In this document: in pieces, positions 8,531 through 21,000 of the stretch | How positions within the stretch are numbered: position 1 is the stretch's first letter | How the letters are laid out: the number at the start of each line of letters is the position of its first letter | NCBI GenBank assembly: GCA_937930175.1 | Contig: CALGLP010000022.1 | Span: 66,585 to 130,584, forward strand | DNA: 64,000 nt | From: an uncultured bacterium | GTDB lineage: Bacteria; Omnitrophota; Gorgyraeia; Zapsychrales; Aceulaceae | Direction: 5' to 3' | Notes under the pieces: generated by a model | Seen by the model: only the letters and a program-made list of their open reading frames with translations | What the model was told of the DNA's origin: nothing | The model's database searches: none | Made by a program: the position numbers and the translations under genes

Positions 8531-9265
8531 ATGTCACATAAAGAATATTTTAGAAATCATATTTTTGATTTTACGCCATTTCTAGGAAAAGAGATATTGG
8601 CGTTTACAACAGATGCGTCGATCGATTTTGCGCTTTCGAGTAGTGCGCCTTTTTTAAGCTTTGCGCAGCGAGATTTATTCAAGGATCAGTCACAGTCTTC
8701 GTGGTCTAAGGTTTTTAATATTCGTCAAGTTCATGGGAATAAAATCGTTATTGCCACAGCCAAACTTTATAAAGAGAGTAACGCGATCGTTCAAGCGGAT
8801 GGAATTGTCACCCAAGATGCGGATGTGCCCATTGCGGTTCGTACCGCGGATTGCCTCCCGGTTTTTATGTATGATCCTAAACAAAAAGTGGTTGCGATCA
8901 CGCATGCCGGATGGCGATCGACACACAAGAGGATTGTGGAAGGGACCTTAAAGAAAATGAAAAGCAAGTTTAAAACCAGGCCTCAGGATGTCAAGATTGC
9001 CTTTGGTCCAGGCTTGCGTTCGTGTTGTTATGTGGTGACAGACGAATTCCTCAAATATTTTCCGCAAGAGACCAAACGCCAAGGGGATCATTTGGTGTTT
9101 GATCTGGCCTTGGCTAACCGGCGTCAACTTTTGTCCGCAGGCGTTCTTGCGCGTAATATCTTTGACGCAAAAATGTGCACGTTTTGCACGCAGAAATGCT
9201 ATTCTCACCGACGAGACCAAGAGCGCGCAGGCCGCATGCTGTCTGTTATCATGCTCAAGGGCTAA
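8531..9265 (+). CDS. pgeF: YfiH/PgeF family (DUF152) purine-nucleoside phosphorylase / peptidoglycan editing factor
   Basis: Conserved motifs QVHGNKIV, ADGIVTQDADVPIAVRTADCLPV, AITHAGWRS and GPGLRSCCYVV (Cys/His metal ligands of YfiH). The ORF track begins at GTG 8528. Confidence 0.85.
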   Translation: MSHKEYFRNHIFDFTPFLGKEILAFTTDASIDFALSSSAPFLSFAQRDLFKDQSQSSWSKVFNIRQVHGNKIVIATAKLYKESNAIVQADGIVTQDADVPIAVRTADCLPVFMYDPKQKVVAITHAGWRSTHKRIVEGTLKKMKSKFKTRPQDVKIAFGPGLRSCCYVVTDEFLKYFPQETKRQGDHLVFDLALANRRQLLSAGVLARNIFDAKMCTFCTQKCYSHRRDQERAGRMLSVIMLKG

Positions 9266-9341
9266 AGAAAATACGAAATCATCTTGTCAAAGCTTAACTT
9301 TAAGCTAAAATAACCCAAACGTTCAAGGGAGATTTCTTAAC

Positions 9342-9659
9342 ATGAATATGATTGTTTTGGTCACAGCCCAAAATAGTTCCCAGGCCAAAAGAATAGGCCA
9401 AGCCCTCCTGGAAGCTCATGTGATTGCCTGTGTCAACATTGTCCCCGGTGTCCAGTCACTTTTTTGGTGGCAGGGGAAAGTCGATTCGTCCAAAGAAGTT
9501 CTTATGGTCATGAAAACACAGAAACGGTGTTTTAATAAAATTGTAACGATTGTTAAGCGTCTTCATAGCTATCAAACGCCCGAGATTGTTGCGTTGCCGA
9601 TTGTCCTTGGCGAGCGAGCGTATATGCAGTGGCTAGAGGCATCGTGTTCATCCCGCTAG
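9342..9659 (+). CDS. cutA: Divalent-cation tolerance protein CutA
   Basis: ~105 aa; VIACVNIVPGVQSLFWWQGKVDSSKEVLMVMKT...YQTPEIVALPIV is the CutA1 signature. Confidence 0.85.
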   Translation: MNMIVLVTAQNSSQAKRIGQALLEAHVIACVNIVPGVQSLFWWQGKVDSSKEVLMVMKTQKRCFNKIVTIVKRLHSYQTPEIVALPIVLGERAYMQWLEASCSSR

Positions 9660-9777
9660 GGGACTGTTCTGGAAAAGTCTTTTGCTTTTGGGCGTGGCGC
9701 GACAAACTAAATTTTACCGTTAGAGTTAGCCATTGGTGGAGTCGGTTTTCTAACGAGGCAAGGGAAAGGGTTTAAAC

Positions 9778-10290
9778 ATGAAGATTGTTGGACGGGTTGT
9801 TTTGATTGTGCTTGTTTTTTTGTTTGTGTTTGGGCTTTCACGAAGCCGCGCTCAGCTATTTACCTTTGGCGGCAGTCCTTTAGAGGGAAAGTCCGCGCCT
9901 GATTTTACATTATCAACGTTGACCAAGGGGCCTACGACCTTAAGCGCTTACCGCGGTAATCAGGCTGCGATTATTTTTTTCTGGGCCACGTGGTGTCCGC
10001 ATTGCCGCACAGCGCTGGAAGACCTTAATGCCCGCGCCCAAGAAATTCAAAGCCAAGGAATTAAAATCATTGTTGTTGATGTGGGAGAGTCTAAGGTTCA
10101 AGTACAAAACTATATTGATGAGCGTAACGTGACTTTGGATGTTTTTCTTGATGAAGAGTCGTTGGTTTCAAGCGATTATGCGGTCGTTGGCGTTCCAACC
10201 TTTGTTTTGATTGATAAAGAGGGAATGGTTAAGAGCGTTAAGCATGCCCTATCAGATGATTATCAGAAACTTCTTGATACAAGTAATTAA
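9778..10290 (+). CDS. TlpA/ResA-like periplasmic thiol-disulfide oxidoreductase (thioredoxin fold)
   Basis: Signal peptide/anchor followed by a WATWCPHC (CxxC) active site and the thioredoxin-fold motif VVGVPTFVLID. Confidence 0.85.
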   Translation: MKIVGRVVLIVLVFLFVFGLSRSRAQLFTFGGSPLEGKSAPDFTLSTLTKGPTTLSAYRGNQAAIIFFWATWCPHCRTALEDLNARAQEIQSQGIKIIVVDVGESKVQVQNYIDERNVTLDVFLDEESLVSSDYAVVGVPTFVLIDKEGMVKSVKHALSDDYQKLLDTSN

Positions 10291-11780
10291 TTCGCCATCG
10301 ATTCTTGTTGCGATCTGGTGATATTGTCAACGAGCTTTGCTTTTTGGCGAAGCCCTGCTAAAAAGTTGGTAAATGCTTGTTCGCGTAGCTTTGCGATCAA
10401 GCGATCCTTAAGAACAGCTTTTTCCTTTTCAAATTTCTCCTTGTCAGCTTCGAGGAACGCCCCTAAATACAGAAGCACAACCCCATTATTGATGTCCACA
10501 GGAGCGCTTAAGGGATTTTCTTGGGTCAAGCTAAAGGCGGCTTGATGAAATTGCGCTGAGGGTCCTACCTTGGGCAAATATTGCGCGCGATTAAACTCTG
10601 GCGTCTTTTCGATTTTTAGGTTCATCTTTTTGGCAATGGCTTCCAAGTCTTCCGTTGGATTTTTGATAAGCTCTTGATGGATTTGTTCGCGGGTTTGTTT
10701 GGCTTTTTCCTGCGCAAGTTTTTTAGACTCGGCCTGCACAACCGCGGCGCGCACTCTTTCCTGGGCTTCGTCAAAACTTAAAAGACGTTCCTCTTGGGTT
10801 TCTTTAAGGGATAAAACATAAAAACCTTTTGATGGGCTCGAGACGATTTCTAATTTACCCTTTTTAAGGCTTAAGGCTTTTTGGAAAACTTCAAGCGGCC
10901 ATCCAAGGCTCAGATTCGGGGCATCAATGCTAAAAAATCCACTTTCCTTGACGGGTAGTTTAAATTTCTCAGAAAGTTGCTTGAGATCAAAGGTGTTGGT
11001 TTCAATCGCTTTTGTTATTTCTTGTGCGGTTGACAATAAGGTGTCGTTTTTTTCTTGGGAAGAATCGCTTGGGTATTCTAGCGCAAGATAGCTAATGTTG
11101 ATCATCGGGGGGAGGCGAAACATCCCTTGGTTTTGGTCATAATAGGCGCGAAGGCTTTCTTCAGAGGCAACCACATCCTTGGCCTGTTCCGCAAAAGGAA
11201 AAAGAACATAATCGATCTGGACTTTCTCGTTTTCTGTCTGATAGGCCTTCAAGACTTGTTCATCGGTGGCGTCAACCGCGAGCGTTTCTTGGTTGTAAAT
11301 CTTTTCAAAGATGAGGGATTCGCGGATACCTTCTTCAAAATCACGCGGCGTGCAGCGAAAGACATATTGCGTGATTTGATCGTAGAGTTGTTTATCAAAG
11401 GTGCCATTTCGCTGGAAAAACGAAAACTTTTTGACCGCCGCAACGACTTCGGCATTGGAGACAGTGATTTTTCTTTTTTTCGCTTCAGCAAGTAAGATTA
11501 GCCGATCCCAGGTTTCGCTTTCAAGGTTAAGTTGGCTTTCGATTTTATTGAAGTTTTCTCCATAACGCAAGATCGCTTGGATTCTGACATGTTGTAAGGC
11601 GTCTTCAAAGTCTCTGAGTGAAACCGTGCGGCCGAAAATCTTGCCTGCAAAGGACGCTGTCTTTTGATCGCGCGTGAGTGATGTTTGAATGCCAAAAAAG
11701 ACAAAGGACACTGTGATCATGACAGCCAAAATCCAAAGGATTTTCTTAGCAACACCTTTTTTTCTTAAAATTCTAAGCAT
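10287..11780 (-). CDS. PpiD/SurA-like periplasmic chaperone (membrane-anchored, PPIase-associated); the only minus-strand gene
   Basis: N-terminal transmembrane helix ILWILAVMITVSFVFFGI, SurA-N-like domain, ~500 aa; AGGAGG ribosome-binding site before ATG at 11780. Its stop overlaps the convergent tlpA-like stop (TTAA at 10287-10290). Confidence 0.65.
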   Translation of the reverse strand: MLRILRKKGVAKKILWILAVMITVSFVFFGIQTSLTRDQKTASFAGKIFGRTVSLRDFEDALQHVRIQAILRYGENFNKIESQLNLESETWDRLILLAEAKKRKITVSNAEVVAAVKKFSFFQRNGTFDKQLYDQITQYVFRCTPRDFEEGIRESLIFEKIYNQETLAVDATDEQVLKAYQTENEKVQIDYVLFPFAEQAKDVVASEESLRAYYDQNQGMFRLPPMINISYLALEYPSDSSQEKNDTLLSTAQEITKAIETNTFDLKQLSEKFKLPVKESGFFSIDAPNLSLGWPLEVFQKALSLKKGKLEIVSSPSKGFYVLSLKETQEERLLSFDEAQERVRAAVVQAESKKLAQEKAKQTREQIHQELIKNPTEDLEAIAKKMNLKIEKTPEFNRAQYLPKVGPSAQFHQAAFSLTQENPLSAPVDINNGVVLLYLGAFLEADKEKFEKEKAVLKDRLIAKLREQAFTNFLAGLRQKAKLVDNITRSQQESMAN

Positions 11781-12050
11781 GGACCCTCCTGAAAGTTTAT
11801 TCGTTGTGTGAAATTTAAATGATTATAACGACAAAATTTTCAGTTGGCAAGCTCCGTTAGCAATATCATGAGTGCTTCGGTTTTCCTTAATTCGGGATCA
11901 GCGCAAACCGATACGTCCTATTTTTATCTGAATTCGGCATGAGGGAGAATTGGGGCGTGATGCGTTGTTTCTGGCAGGCCCAGGGTTTTCGGGCAAACCT
12001 GTAAAACACATGCTATACTTTCCACTAACTCAACCTTTTTATATAAATAT

Positions 12051-15000
12051 ATGTTTTATTTATTGCAAAAACGATTTAAGACCTTTTTAAAGACTACAAG
12101 CTTAATCTTAGCTTTTGTCTTTGCGCAGGGGGTCTTTTTGCCTTTTCCAGCTTATGCCCAGGCTGTTTTTCCTCAAGCAGGACAGATCATTTCTTTAAGC
12201 TCTGCATTTACACCTACGATTGTTCGTGGAATCCGCATTTATCCTGATAATCCTTTAAAATTTGACTTTATTGTTGACGGTGGGGACGCTGACTTAAAAG
12301 GGGATGAGTTAAAGAGCGAAAGCGAAAAACTTATCCGCTACTTCCTGGCAAGTCTTACTCTTCCAGAGAATGATCTCTGGGTCAACCTTTCTCCCTATGA
12401 AAAAGACCGCATCGTTCCAGCAGAGCTTGGGACTACCGAGATGGGTATTGATATGCTTGCCCAAGACTATCTCTTAAAGCAAATAACTGCCTCTTTAACC
12501 AATCCTGATAGTGATCTTGGTAAAGAATTCTGGCAAAAGATTTACAAGCAATCCTATGAGAAATTCGGGACAACGAACGTTCCTGTCGACACCTTTAACA
12601 AGGTCTGGATCATGCCCGATAAGGCTGAAGTCTACGTTCAAGAGGATAAGGCCTTTGTCGTTGAATCGCGATTAAAAGTGATGCTGGAAAGTGATTATTT
12701 AGCAAGAGAGAAAAGTAAAGAAGATAGAAGGGAGAAGATAGAAGATGGAAAAAACAACGACAAGACAACAGCGAATAAAAGTCCTGATTCCCTAGATTCT
12801 AAGACTTTTCCATCTTCCATTGTCCATTCTCCATCTTCTGATATCTCTTCTAGTATTGTGCGTGAGGTCTTCATCCCTGTCCTTGAGAAAGAGGTGAATG
12901 AAGGCAAGAACTTTGCCCAGCTAAGGCAGATCTACAATAGCATTATCTTAAGCTACTGGTATAAGACCAATCTCAAGAACTCCATTCTTAATAAGGTGTA
13001 CGCGGATAAAAGAAAGGTTAAAGGACTAGAAGTCGTGAATAGTGAAAAGTATCTAGTATCTAGCCAAAAAAGCAATGAAGAGTCGTTAGAAAATGGCGAA
13101 GAAAAGCACCAGATACCAGATACTAGATACCCTTCACAGGTTCAAAGTAATTCTTTGCCAGATACTATTCACTCTTCACCAGATACTGTTCAGATTATCT
13201 ACCAACAATACCTCCAAACTTTTAAAAAAGGCGTCTGCAACATGATGAAGGTGGAGTATGACCCTTACACCAAAAAGAACATCCCCCGAAAATACTTTGC
13301 GGGAGGGGTGGTGTGGGATGTTGCACCAATTCTAGGCTATTTCTCAACGATCATCGGGCCTATGCCGCAGTGGGTTTTAACGTCCACGCTCGAAGATCCT
13401 TTGATGATGATCGAGTTTAATTCTGTGCCTGTAACAGAAGAGGTCTTCAACTCCGAAAAAGTTCGTGCGCAGGGGGTTGCGCAGGGAAGTTCTGAGCCCA
13501 TAACGATCAGCAGTAGCCTGAGGCCGTTATCCGATGAAACAAAAGCGCAGCTCGGCAAGCTTTTAAATGAATATGTGAAATGGGGTGGGACCACGGTGGT
13601 TGGAAAAACAGGTTTTTTTGCTTTTCTCAAAGCAAAATGGGGATGCGACGATCAAGTGCTTTCAGAGATCTTGGGCGTTAAGAGGAAATTTGCGAAATCT
13701 CTTGTCGAGGCGCGACAGGCGGGAGGGATTAGCGTTAGAAATATTTATGCATTTGTAGAAAGGTTTGGGTTTACGGGTAATGACGAGACAATTTTTTTTG
13801 GTCTTGCAAAACCTAAAAAAGATGTAAAGTTTTTGTCAGAGAATATGTTTAATTTGTTTGTTGAGATTAAGGTCGCAATGCCAAAGGTATTGTATCTTGG
13901 CATACCTGATAATTCCCCTAAAGAAGATCAAGGTTTTTTTGTGCCCAATCCAAATGGGTCGGGGGACACCTATGTTCCGCTGATAAGAAGAGTTTCCTTC
14001 GCCTCGTCAAATATTACAGGAGAGAATGATCTTCCTTTGAGCCCGCTCACGGGAAAACCGGATCTGCGTTCCCGCAAAGGTGATCCGGACACCTTAGAGC
14101 AGAAGATGGACGCATTAAAAAAAGCTATTCAAGGCGGTTATCCCTACGGGATTCGTTATGGCGTAAATAGACTTTTAGCAGCGGCGATTAATTCTCAAGC
14201 GAATCCCAGTCAAAGAATTCAGGCCTTAGAGTTTCTTGCTCAGCTACAGCTTCCTCAGAAGTTTATTGATCAGTTTTTATTCGAGAAATCCAAAGGCGAC
14301 AAAGAGCGCTGGTTGGCACAGGTGGCTGGGGATCGAGAAGCTAACCCTCGCCTGCGGGAGCTATGCATCCAGGTTCTGGCAGTTTTATCGCAACAGCTTG
14401 GTAGTCGCTGGAACTATGACCTGCTGGAGGAAGTTATCACTCGGGATAAGAAAAGGGATATCTCGGGGCTTCCGCTTGCTTCTACAGGCAAGCCCAACTT
14501 GCATCATCGCACAGGCCCTCACAGTACTCTTCGCCAGCTGATTGCTGATTTGCCGAGGCCTGGAAAAACTCCTGGAGGGATCCGCCATACCGTGAATGGT
14601 CTCTTGAGCATCGCGATCAATACAGAAAATTCTTCAGATAGGATCCTGGCTCTTCAAACGATTGCAGAATTAAAAATTGATCAAAAATATATCGATCAAT
14701 TTTTATTTGAGAAATCTAAAGGCGACAAAGAGCGCTGGCTGGTTGAGGTGGCAGAAGATCTGCAGGCTGAGCCGCATCTGAGGGCATTAAGTATCCAAAC
14801 CTTGTGGGTGCTGGCTCGGCAGTTCGGCAGTCCTTGGGCGTATAATTTGCTTGAAGATCTTGCTCATCCTAAAGCCGCGGGAGCGAACGCTCCCCAGGAA
14901 GTACAAGAGGCCTTGGATAGCTACGCAGGATATCTTAATTTTATTACAGATGCGGATTTGGTAATGACAGACCGTATTTTACCATCGGCACTCATTTATC

Positions 15001-18000
15001 ATATTTTTGGTGAGAACATTATTGAAATGTTTATGGCCTGGGGCAAGGTTGTAGATCCGCAACTTCCAGCTGCTGCTCGCCAAGAGAATGTGCAGCGCTT
15101 GATTGCTATTGCAAGGGGTGAGGGGGTGGAATATCAAGGCACGGATTTTCAAGCCGAAGCGCATAGCATATTGCTGCAGATGTCCACGACCACAAAGAGA
15201 GCTCTGCATCCAAAATTCCGGTACATGGCCCAGAAGTATATCGACAAAGCTCCGCCTAAGCCTTTGATGACCATATTGCGAAATCCTGATCCCAAGAAAC
15301 AAGAGACCTCTTCAAGCCTTGTTCAAAAACTTCAGGCAGAGCTTGAGGCATTCAAGGAAGTTGATTTTTCTGCACAAGCCCAAGAGTTAAAGAGCCACTA
15401 TAAAAGTTTTCTTCCCCGCAAGCGGCCAGAAGACCGTAAAAAACTTCAACAGGAGATCGAGAGTTTTTTGGGAGCGCTCAGGGATCTTCTTTCACAACAT
15501 CCGTTGCTCGCACGTTCAATGCGCTTGGCCCGCTATGATGTTTTAGGACGCGTTCAGAGGGTTTCCGATTGGCTGTCGTCGCATGCGCCATCCCCACCGG
15601 CATCCACCAGGGATCGTCTTAGCCTGGAAGCGGATCTGAACAAAGCGATCCGGATTTTGTCGATTCTGCAAAATAGTGCCTATGGACTCATGGATCTTAA
15701 GGTCTTGCCTCAACCCGGTCAAGAGAAGATTTTTTATTTAGAGGTATTTAGCGATGCGGTGATCCTTGCGAGCCTTGAAAACCAGAAAGACTGGAAGCCT
15801 GAGTATAAAGCGTGCTTCAGGGAGTTTCAAAAGATCATTGGTTCGGAAGCTGTTGTTGAAGCCTTTGCCTTGGGGCGCCGGGATTATGCTGTTTGTCTTT
15901 TGCAGATCCTGATTTCGTGGCAGGATTATCGACGAATCATGGAGGATCTGATTGAGCGGATCCCTGCAGAGAGCCTTGGTCGCGCCTTTGTCCGGGACAC
16001 ACAATCATTCTTGGGGGCTGTGCGGAAAATGGATCTGGCCATCAAAGAAAGCGGTGAGGCGATTTATGTGGACCGCTATCCGTTGACGATCGACCGCTTT
16101 CTTCAAAGATTTCCCGACCTTGCTTCAGTCTTTGGTGAGAGTTGTGGACAGAATTTCGGTTCTTTTGTTAACAGCATCGAAACACTTGCCGAGCGCGAAT
16201 CCCGCGATAAGCATCTTGAGGCGCATCTGGACGCCTTGGAGAGATTGTTTGTGCGAGTCTTTCCCCAGGTAAAAGACCGGCAACGCGCTGTCCGCGAACA
16301 TTTTCTGAATCTCGTTAATTTATCGCGTCAGGCTGTCCGCAGTGATCAGGCGTTCTGGGGTCTTGTGGAGTTGATCGGCGCTGATGCGCTCAGAGAAGAT
16401 TTCTTCTCTGACGACAATCGAGTGCTCGAACACCTGAATATTATCCTGCCAGCATGGTCCGGACTTGTTTCGGCGTTATCTGATCCTTCGCGTGATCTTG
16501 CCAAGCCGACAATAGCGTTCTTAGCCGCCTGGGTTGAGAACGCAAAAATGCCCGTTTCCAACGGGAAAAAGGTCTCCTCAAGCTCTCTGGAGAGTATTTT
16601 ACGAGATGAATTATCAGCATTCAGGGCTACGGATCTGGCTGTGCGTGCCAAGAGACTTAAAGCGCGCTATCAAAAAATGGCCAAAAAGATAGAGGGCAAA
16701 GAATATCCGGATGCAAAAGAAGCTGTACTTATTGAGAAATACGGAAAGAAACTTTTAAAGGATATGAGGACCTTTTTTAAGGACAAAACTCTTTTGTGTT
16801 CGACTGTTGAGCAGGCTGCGATCTTGCCAGAGTTGGCAGTCTTTAATCCCATGACTGATTTTCTTGCTGGTTTTTTACAGGTTAAGATCAAGATGAAATC
16901 GCCTCAGGATGTAATCGCCGTGCAGCGTGGAGCCATCGTGCAAGTGGAAAAGGTCTTAAGCGCGCTTCAAAATGGCCATTATGCCCAAGAAAATATCAAA
17001 GAGACGAAAGCTAAGTCTACCGGGGAAATTATTCAATATGTTGATCTTTTTGGGTTGGGGATGCGCGGGAAGAAGATGAACAGTTTTGTTGTGGAGAAAT
17101 CAGGCTTTAAGAAGTTCTCTGAGGGTTTTCAAATAAAGCCTGAGTTGATTTCTTTGCTCCAGGGCCTTCGCCATCTGCACGAAGAGAATCCAGGCTTGTA
17201 TTTGGAATTAGAAAAAGCCGCGCTTGATCCGGCGTATCAAATCCCTGAAACGATGCAAAATTCCGCGCATGCTCAGACCGTCGGTCTTTTTGATAAAGAT
17301 GGCGCAATGAAGCCCTTAGCTCGGATAACTCTTGTGGAAACTTTTAATGGGCCCGAGATGAGAAAACAATGGGCCGAAAATATCCGCATCCGGGAAACCG
17401 GCCAGGTTACGATTAGTTTTGATCGAAATGGCAAGGTCTTATCCGTAAGCCAGGGGGATATGGGTCAAAAAAGGCCAGCAAGCATCGGCAACGAGTATGT
17501 TCTTCTTAATGTTGATGTCACGAGTCGCGGTAACGAGCTTTATCTCGTAGAGAGTTCTTTTAAGTCTTTGCCGTATGTGGTAAGGAGAAGCTTGATGTGG
17601 CTTGCGTCAGGAGGCTTGTGGATCCGCGAGGATATTCCTTGTGACCTTGACCCAGAGACTGCCGCCTTAAGCCCCGAAAGGATCAGGGAAACGTTTTTGC
17701 ACCAGCCTAAGCCGAAAAGCTTGTCTGCGTATTTTGTTTCTCAGAAGGAAGCGATCCGCCGGGCCTATGCCGCCTACCTTGAGGACAAGAAACCCAAAAC
17801 AGCCAAAGATTTTGCCACCTTCGAGGAGCTGTACGCGCATGTAAACGCTGTATTGTTCTATGAAGGCATGTATTTTGAGCGAAGAGGGTTGGAATATTTT
17901 GAGGAATATTTCCATGAGGTGTCGGCCCAGATTAAAGAATTTGAGGATCTTTTTAGCGGGAATATCGATCTGGAGAAATTGTCCGCTTTTGAACTTTTCA

Positions 18001-21000
18001 TGAAGACGCTGGGTTTGGCTGATCTTAAAAGCCGGAGTGACCGCTATTATTATCAGGCGCGAGACTATTATTCCCGGATCCTTTATGGCAAACATTTCTG
18101 GGAAATGTATGCCGATCAAAAAGAAAGCTTAAGCGAGGCCCAGAAAAGCATCGTCCGGATCTCGATCGATTTCTTTCCGGGCCGCTACGATGAGGAGTGG
18201 GATGCTTGGCAGCAAAGATTTCAGGCCGAGCTCAATAGAAGAAAAACGCAAGGTCCGAAGTTTGCCCTAGAGGTCATTGCGGGCCTAAAATCTAAGGGCA
18301 TCAATCTGCAAGAGTTTGGGATGAGCCGGTTGATCGATCAAGTGCTGGGCTTAGGGGGCGAACGTTTGGCTCCTTCCGTTTACGCGGATGAACAATCTGT
18401 GCAGGATGGGACGGATTATTATCTCACTGACCAGATTCTGGAACGGCTTGACCTTAAGGCCTCGGATGTGTTCTATGATCTTGGCTCAGGACACGGGAGG
18501 GTTATTTTCTGGACGGCGTTTTCTACTGCGATCGGCAAAGCGGTCGGCATTGAATATGTTTCTGAATGGGCCAATCGTGCTAGCGACTTGGCTCTTAAGC
18601 ATAATATCTCGGATAGGGCGGTCTTTATTAATTCCAAGGTCCAGAATGTTGACTTCAGCGATGGCACGGTTTTCTTTCTTTATAATCCTTTCCAGGCTTC
18701 TACCCTTGCGCGCGTCACGGAAAAACTGCAGGCGATCGCCCGCCAGAAGAAAATCCGCGTGATTAGTGTAGGGGGTTGCAATGAACATTTCCTTTTACAA
18801 GGGACTTGGCTTAAAGTTGCGGAGATGATCAAAGGTAGCAGGGATGAGAGCGCTATCATTTTTGAGTCGACCATCGACTCCCCATCGGCGGCCGCGGGCC
18901 CTGCGGGCGATCAGCCGTCGGTGGGGAATCTGCCTCCTGATGTAAAGAATGCTATGTATTTCATCTTAGACTCAGATGGCGTTATTCTAAGGATCCCCGA
19001 GATTGATAAAGAACATGTTGCTTTTGTGTACGCTATGATGAAAAAGGAGATCACCGACCCTCAAGGGTTTGTTCCCAGCGAAGTGGATATGCAAGAAGGT
19101 CGTCAATTCAAAGAAAAGTATCCTGGCCACACAACCAAGGTAATCTTAAGGGAACTTTTAACTTCGTCCTTTGCTGACCGATTTAAAGGATTGGATACTG
19201 AAGAGCTTGTTTCGAAATTTGATCAAATTTATCGAGACCGAAAAAATGCTGAGGTTGATGAGATACTAAATCTTCCCCTGGAAGAAGCTGAAAAAAGATT
19301 GCTTATGCCCGGGGTTAAGAAATTTTTACAAGACAAGGTTAATCAAGGGGCTGTCTTGCGGGTCCTTTCTGGCGGGAGAGAAAGCGAAAAGCGGCGTATT
19401 TTTGAAAAACTTGGATTGATGGGTTTTTTTCAGGATGTCCAATTCGCAGGTACTAGAGAGAAGAAAATCGAAATCTTTGAAGACATGATCGCCAATATTG
19501 ACCATAAGGAGAATATTGTTATCGTGGATGATTCTCTTGAGAATATTGATGAGTATAGAAATGTCATCAGCCAGGGTCAAAAGCGTTCCGGGAAGTCTTT
19601 TCTTATCGGCTTGGCGAACAAAGAGCAAGAGGATCGCATGAAGCCGCACGCGGATTATGTGATTGAGGACTTAAGCGGCTTGGTAGCATCGTCGGCTAGT
19701 AAACTTGGTGATGAGGGGAAGGCGGGGGAGGGAAGCGCCGCCTCGACAAAAAATCTCAAGCGCATTGAAAATGTCCATGATTGGTTGGTCACTCCTGAGC
19801 GTGTTAAGGAAGTGACTCGTCGGGCTGTGGCCTTGGGGTGGAAAGAAGTTAGCAAGAAAACAGCGGATGATATACTTGATAAATTGAGAACTTACGGAAA
19901 TCGATATCCTTTAGATAAATATTCAACAGAGCGCGATCCTGGCAAAACCGTCATGATCAATTGGTGCGTCGATCAAGCTGTGAGGAAGCAGAGGGATCTT
20001 TTTTTTACGCAGGAAGGGTTGATATTCTTGGTCGCGGATCTTATGGATAAAAGTAAGGATTTGGCCAGGAGATTTCTGATTGACCTGGGAAATCTTGATG
20101 ATGCAAAGTTTAATAAAATACTTGAAAACGAGCTAAGGCCTAAGGCCATGAGCCATAGTAATTTCGCACCTGAGCGCATTGACGCCGTTGTTCATTGGCT
20201 GGCGCGTCCGGATAAAGAGTTTTTTCCAGTGAAGAAGAAAATGATTGATTCGCTCCTCAAGGCAGGGATGGAAGAGCTAGCCCAGATTTCTTATAAAAGC
20301 TTATATCTGCCTGACCGCCAATTAGGAGAGATTCAGCTTAATGATGACCAATACTGGATATTGTCCCAAATGAATTTTAAGGTTCTTCTTTTAGATTTGA
20401 TTTATCAAGATCCGGTTGCAGCCCAAGCACTGCTTGATCCCTTACTAGCGTCGATGGATAGCGAAAAAGAGATACTTAGCGCAAAATCGTATATCAATTT
20501 TGGAATTAAACAGATCGCAGGGATCCAGGGCGTGGTTGAGGAATATGTGCGGGATTATTTTGTTACTGTCGATGGATCAGCAAAAGAGACGTCTTCTTAT
20601 TCTGTCAGGATTGCGGGTATCATGCGTTCCTATATTCTGGAAGCATGGGAGAAATTGGCGGAGGATCATCTTGATGTTAGTACCACTGCTTATACGAAGA
20701 AAAAGAATCTTGTTGTTAATCTCTCGGGGGAAGATCTGGAGAGGTGTATTACGGCTATCAATACTTTCTTGAGAATGCATTTTGAAGATAAGTTGTTTAG
20801 TTTTTCCCTTGACGAAGGAGACCTTAGTATTTCGGTTTTAGATCAGCTAGAGGAGGATGCTGGCAGCAATCCTCAAGCTCAAGAGCTCCGTGATCTTGGA
20901 ATTCCTCCCGATGTTGGTGCGCAGGCTAAGGAAAAGGAAGGCATCTTCAGCCCTGTGGGCGAACAGCCGTCGGCGGGGGGAAAGGCTGTGCATTTGGAGG

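Noticed and set aside
11781-12050. Possible riboswitch or leader in the 270-bp gap before the giant gene
   Set aside because: No recognisable riboswitch consensus (TPP, SAM, glycine, cobalamin, T-box) could be matched by eye; the gap is more simply read as a divergent promoter region for ppiD and the giant gene.
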